Positions 59,951 through 64,000 of a stretch of 64,000 nucleotides of DNA are shown one piece after another. The position numbers were made by a program, and so were the translations under genes. The notes beneath the pieces were generated by a model that had not been told where the DNA came from, did not search any database, and saw only the letters and a list, made by a program, of their open reading frames with translations. Position 1 is the stretch's first letter. Every line of letters starts with the position of its first letter. The DNA lies in the NCBI RefSeq assembly GCF_037042905.1, contig NC_087255.1:23250001-23314000 (forward strand). Reading direction: 5' to 3'. Origin of the DNA: Lytechinus pictus. Its lineage: Eukaryota.

Positions 59951-60200
59951 CCGGGCATGGTGGCTCAGTGGTATATAGAGCGCCCGCCTCATGAACGGCA
60001 GGTCATGGGTTCGATCCCCGGCCGAGTCATACCAAAGACTTATAAAAATGGGAGCTTCTGCCTTCTTGCTTGGCGCTCAGCATTTAGATTGGAGAAGGGT
60101 AACAATAACATATTATGTTATGCAGGGCCCGCTGGAAGAGCAGTCTTATGATGGAAGTGGCTACCCTGGGTAAATAAACCGTTATAATAATTATTATTAT
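59951..60200 (+). mobile_element. Near-complete tRNA-derived SINE (core resembles the Meta-domain type)
   Basis: tggctcagtgg A box, ggttcgatcc B box, gtcataccaaagact...gcttggcgctcagca core, aataaa + (tat)n tail. Confidence 0.8.
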
Positions 60201-60620
60201 TAATCTATCAGCTAATCATTATTTCAACCAATCAATCAACCAATCAATCAATCAACAAATCAATCAATCATTCAATCAATCAGTCGACCTATCAAACAAT
60301 CAATCATCCAATCTATCAGCCAATATATGAATAAATAAATAAATCAGTCAATCAACCAACCAATCAATCGATCAATCAACAAATCAATCAATCAACCAAC
60401 CAATCATTCAATCAATCAGTCGACCTATCAAACAATCAATCATCCAATCGATCAGCAAAAATATAAATAAATAAATCAATCGATCAATCACACAATCATC
60501 CAGTAAATTTAATGACTCAATCAAACAGTCAGTCAAACAATCTTTCAGCTAATTAATCTATCAATCAATCAAGTCAATCAAACAATAATATAAATCAATT
60601 AATCATTCGAATATTAATAA
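60200..60620 (-). repeat. (TCAA)n microsatellite tract (also at 59885-59950)
   Basis: Directly visible; interrupted by the SINE. Confidence 0.9.
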
Positions 60621-61569
60621 ATAGTTGAAGACAGTCATATCAATTTTCATACTTGCGCAATAACGGAACACAATAACAACGGGGAATTATTTCTTTGAAT
60701 TCATGTTTAATATACAATAGATGTCAATAGAAGATAATTAGTTATGAGAAATCAATTAATCTGATGCTGCAAGTTAAGGAACGGGTGATTTTTCTGATAT
60801 CTATGTTATTGATCGCTGCAACCATAACGGTTTCATAAACTGGTTTCGAAAAATCCCTTCAATCGGTATCAATATGTCATCATTAACATGAAAGTTATGA
60901 TTATTCTATAACATACAATCAAAATTGAAATAGATAGGCCTACTTTTATAAGATTCTCTTTTTTCTTTTTACAAACAAGATCATAGTACGTTGATGTACT
61001 TTTAATCTTGAAAAAGTACCATTCATAAATATGTCGGCTGACTTCCATTCACCTTAAATTCAATCTCTAATATTTACTATAAACATCTCTATCTATCATG
61101 TTCATTAAATAAAAAGCGAAATTTGCAAAAACATGATTTTCTTTATCTACTATGATAGTAATGATTGTAGACTGATACGCCGTCACCATCGTTATCGTCA
61201 TCATGGTCATCGATGTCCGGCGTAAGAATTATGAGAATATAATTATACTCAGCCGGGAGCAATCGTGCACTCCATAGAATTATTACAGATTTACAAAATT
61301 TAATGATTATATATTATAGACCAACAGCCATATTTGACTAGTGTTTAGTAACTTTGTGAGAGAATACAATCTTCGGATATCTTCATAACCGGAATCTTCG
61401 ACATCTGATCGACTACGGCATGATGACATACTGAGGTTGAGTTCATTCTTTCTTTAGGGGTATTCTGATTTCATTCCATTCATTTGCCTGAAATTGGTCT
61501 GTTTTTATGTCTATGTCGGGATTAGGTTTTTAATCTAAGGTTAGTGATTTAAGGTAAAGAACTTCGATT

Positions 61570-61810
61570 TGACGTTTTTCTTGATGCCGGATAATTGATG
61601 CTTCTATGTACGGTTACTTCGGTATAATCATTGTCACACATGTCGGTTTTTATGATGTCTTAGTGATGCCGGATATCCGCTGTTCCTATAAGTTTATCAA
61701 AAGTATCTGGTTATGATGTCTTCCTTAATGCCGGTTTCCGATGTTCCTATAAGTTTATCAAAAGTATATGGTTATGATGTCTTCCTTGATGCCGGATATC
61801 CGATTTTTCT
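61570..61810. repeat. About 60-bp tandem repeat (tgatgtcttcc..atgccgg...tgttcctataagtttatcaaaagtat)
   Basis: Two full and two partial copies. Confidence 0.85.
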
Positions 61811-61969
61811 AAATTCTGTCTGAATTGAAATGAATCCAATGACCGGGGTAATAATATGCTGTAACGCGCTTTGAGCCATTCTGTGAAAAGCGCTTTATAA
61901 AAAAAAATGGCTATTATTATTATTATTATAATTGTTATTTAGGGATTCTATATGGTCGATACCCAGTAG

Positions 61970-62278
61970 CTAGCCAGATTTGAAGAGAAGAATGGCCGTC
62001 CGTCCGACGTAGAAGTAGATAAAATGATTCTTCTCATGTGTCACGTGACTGCCATAGTTACGACCCACAATGCAATGCCAGGTTGGCTCGTGCTTTGTGT
62101 CGAATTCCTTCTTGAGTTCGGCAGCGATGTCCTTCTCGAGTGGTTTGTTCTGTTTATCGCGAAGCATTGCCAACGCGAGTTCGACGGCGTCATCTTCCAT
62201 CTCTTTGCTCATGTCGGAATTCTTGATTTCAAACTCCTTGTCGGGCTTTCCGGAATAGCTTGATCCTCCTCGGTTCAT
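61970..62278 (-). CDS. DYNLL: Dynein light chain LC8-type, paralog 5 (102 aa)
   Basis: IKNSDM...[13 protein letters not shown]...[18 protein letters not shown]...ILLFKSG; acceptor ctatag|ATG on minus strand. Confidence 0.96.
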   Translation of the reverse strand: MNRGGSSYSGKPDKEFEIKNSDMSKEMEDDAVELALAMLRDKQNKPLEKDIAAELKKEFDTKHEPTWHCIVGRNYGSHVTHEKNHFIYFYVGRTAILLFKSG

Positions 62279-63076
62279 CTATAGAGTTAGGGATGATAGA
62301 TAAAAGAAAACACATCGTTATTAATGTGAAATCATCTTCAAATTGTAGTAGTAAGGTTGGACAAAAAAAGGCCCAATTGTTAACCATCACTGGGCAACAT
62401 ACTGTCCACACAACTATGGTTAAAGTCTGTCCAAATTGGGTAATAAAAACTTAAAATTGGGTAATAAATTTGCTCAATTGGATAATAATTGCCCAAAATA
62501 TAAATATTTTTTACCAACATACATTACCCAAAACAGTGGACAGCGTGTTGCCCAACATTTTAAGTGTATAGGATTCCATATAATCAGGGGAAGATGGTAG
62601 AATAATGATCCATAATTCAGTTTGCAAGAAATTACGTAATTGTCCACTTTTTTATAAGTCAAATAATTTTTCTTTTTAAAATACGGTGCGTGGGTCTGAA
62701 AATCGTTCATAGCGCCATAATTTTACTATCGTCGGTGGCCAATTTGAAGAAAACTTCCCTAATTTTTTGACGAGTCTGAGAGCGAACTTTGTCACATCTT
62801 TGGATACTTAGAAAATAACAGAAATACTGTCCATCAATAGCCAAACCTAAATGGCATGTATTGGCCATTGAAATCATTTGACATCCACTGGCTCCCAATA
62901 AATCAAGCAGACTATATAAGATTATAATAAATATGTCATGATTATACGAAACCGAATTGAAGCACTGAAGAAAAAAGTAATATAACATAAGATCTATAAA
63001 GCAAATACTATCATCACCAAACACTTAAAATGTTGGGGAGCATTCTGTCCACTTTGTTGGGTAATGTACGTTGGTA

Positions 63077-63108
<32 letters not shown>

Positions 63109-63495
63109 GTATACGTTTATATTAAAAAGGTAAACATTAAAAAGGGCGTCATCAACTTGAAAAGGGCCACAATCTAGATTTCCACCAAATAAAAAAGAAA
63201 AATTATTTCTTGTTCTCAAACTACTTTGGCTATACCAGCATGCTTTTAAACAGGCACATCTTTGAAAGATGCCGGTAGCACTGAGATGGAATTTATTAGA
63301 AAAAGAACAGTAATTCGTCCTAAGACAAAATGACAAAAACGGAAAAAGGGAGAAAGAGAGAAACGAGGGAGAAAGAAAGGGAATGATTACAAATATTGAA
63401 AATACATGGTTGTAGGATCTTTAGAACTCTAAAAATATCAAGATGCTTTCCACACACACATGCACAAAAATGAAATAATTAACTTCTTCACTTAC

Positions 63496-63568
63496 GATTA
63501 AGTCTTGGGTGATTAAAATCGGTGAACTAAAATAAACAAGTTGCGGAATATTCTTCAGAGATGCTGTC
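63496..63568 (-). other. Predicted upstream exon of LC8 paralog 5
   Basis: Minus strand: cgtcag acceptor (weak), ATC|GTAAGT donor; start resembles the paralog 2 exon. Confidence 0.55.
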
Positions 63569-64000
63569 CTGACGATTGTGAATCTCAAAATGGACCTCTG
63601 GTGCAACTCTCCGTCTCAATAATTACAAACTGTCATTTTCCGAAGACTAATCTTTCAACGAGCTGTCCCCGCCTAGAAAACTGACGTTTAGAATAGAAAA
63701 CAATTCATTGACACCCTTCGTGATAGTGTTTGACTCGCTCCGTACTCACAACCAATCGCATTTCAAAACACACGAGGGGGAGGGGGAGACAGTATATGAG
63801 TCAAAAGGTTTGAGGGGCACAACATGGTATATAGGGTGATATTTCTTTTTTTTTAAACGAGAGCGAGTGAGCAAGTGAGCGAATTTCTGACGTTTTGGAA
63901 ATGAAAATCTATGTTTACTATAGATATCGACATTCTGCTTTTTCTTTTTCACCTTGATCGTGGAACTTTTGGGGGCGGGGAGTATAGGAAAAGATGACTT

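Noticed and set aside
30620-60030. tRNA genes at 30620, 45604, 57978 and 59951
   Set aside because: A/B boxes present but no complete cloverleaf; the longer ones continue into SINE bodies or tails
31977-62263. Antisense and alternative-frame ORFs overlapping the LC8 genes
   Set aside because: By-products of GC-rich codon usage in the LC8 exons
31981-62278. LC8 copies as processed retrogenes or haplotype assembly artefacts
   Set aside because: They share upstream introns and non-coding motifs (DNA-level duplication) and are far too divergent to be alleles

Overview
AT-rich animal genomic DNA with four N gaps. The repeat content and protein sequences suggest a marine deuterostome such as a sea urchin; this is an inference, not proven. 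Left part (3.3-24.4 kb, + strand): a vasa/DDX4 DEAD-box helicase gene. I could splice 17 GT-AG exons into one 784-codon frame ending ...VDESWD*, but could not find the start-codon exon in the window. It has five CCHC zinc knuckles, each on its own phase-1 exon; four derive from recent exon+intron duplications. The introns hold many MITEs and nested Helentron-like (HINE) elements. A decayed, unidentified minus-strand coding remnant follows (about 25.8-29.3 kb). Right part (30-64 kb): a tandem array of five divergent LC8-type dynein light chain genes (three +, two -, convergent). They share an architecture that the ORF track does not show. Four have upstream GTTAAAAGCTA motifs. All have a 61-79 nt upstream exon, ending ATC|GTAAGT in four. 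Four have a coding exon starting TAG|ATG, and four have a downstream (TTGA)n tract. Paralog 3 appears to have moved its start codon into the upstream exon. Paralog 4 is followed by a possible decayed second DLC-like domain.
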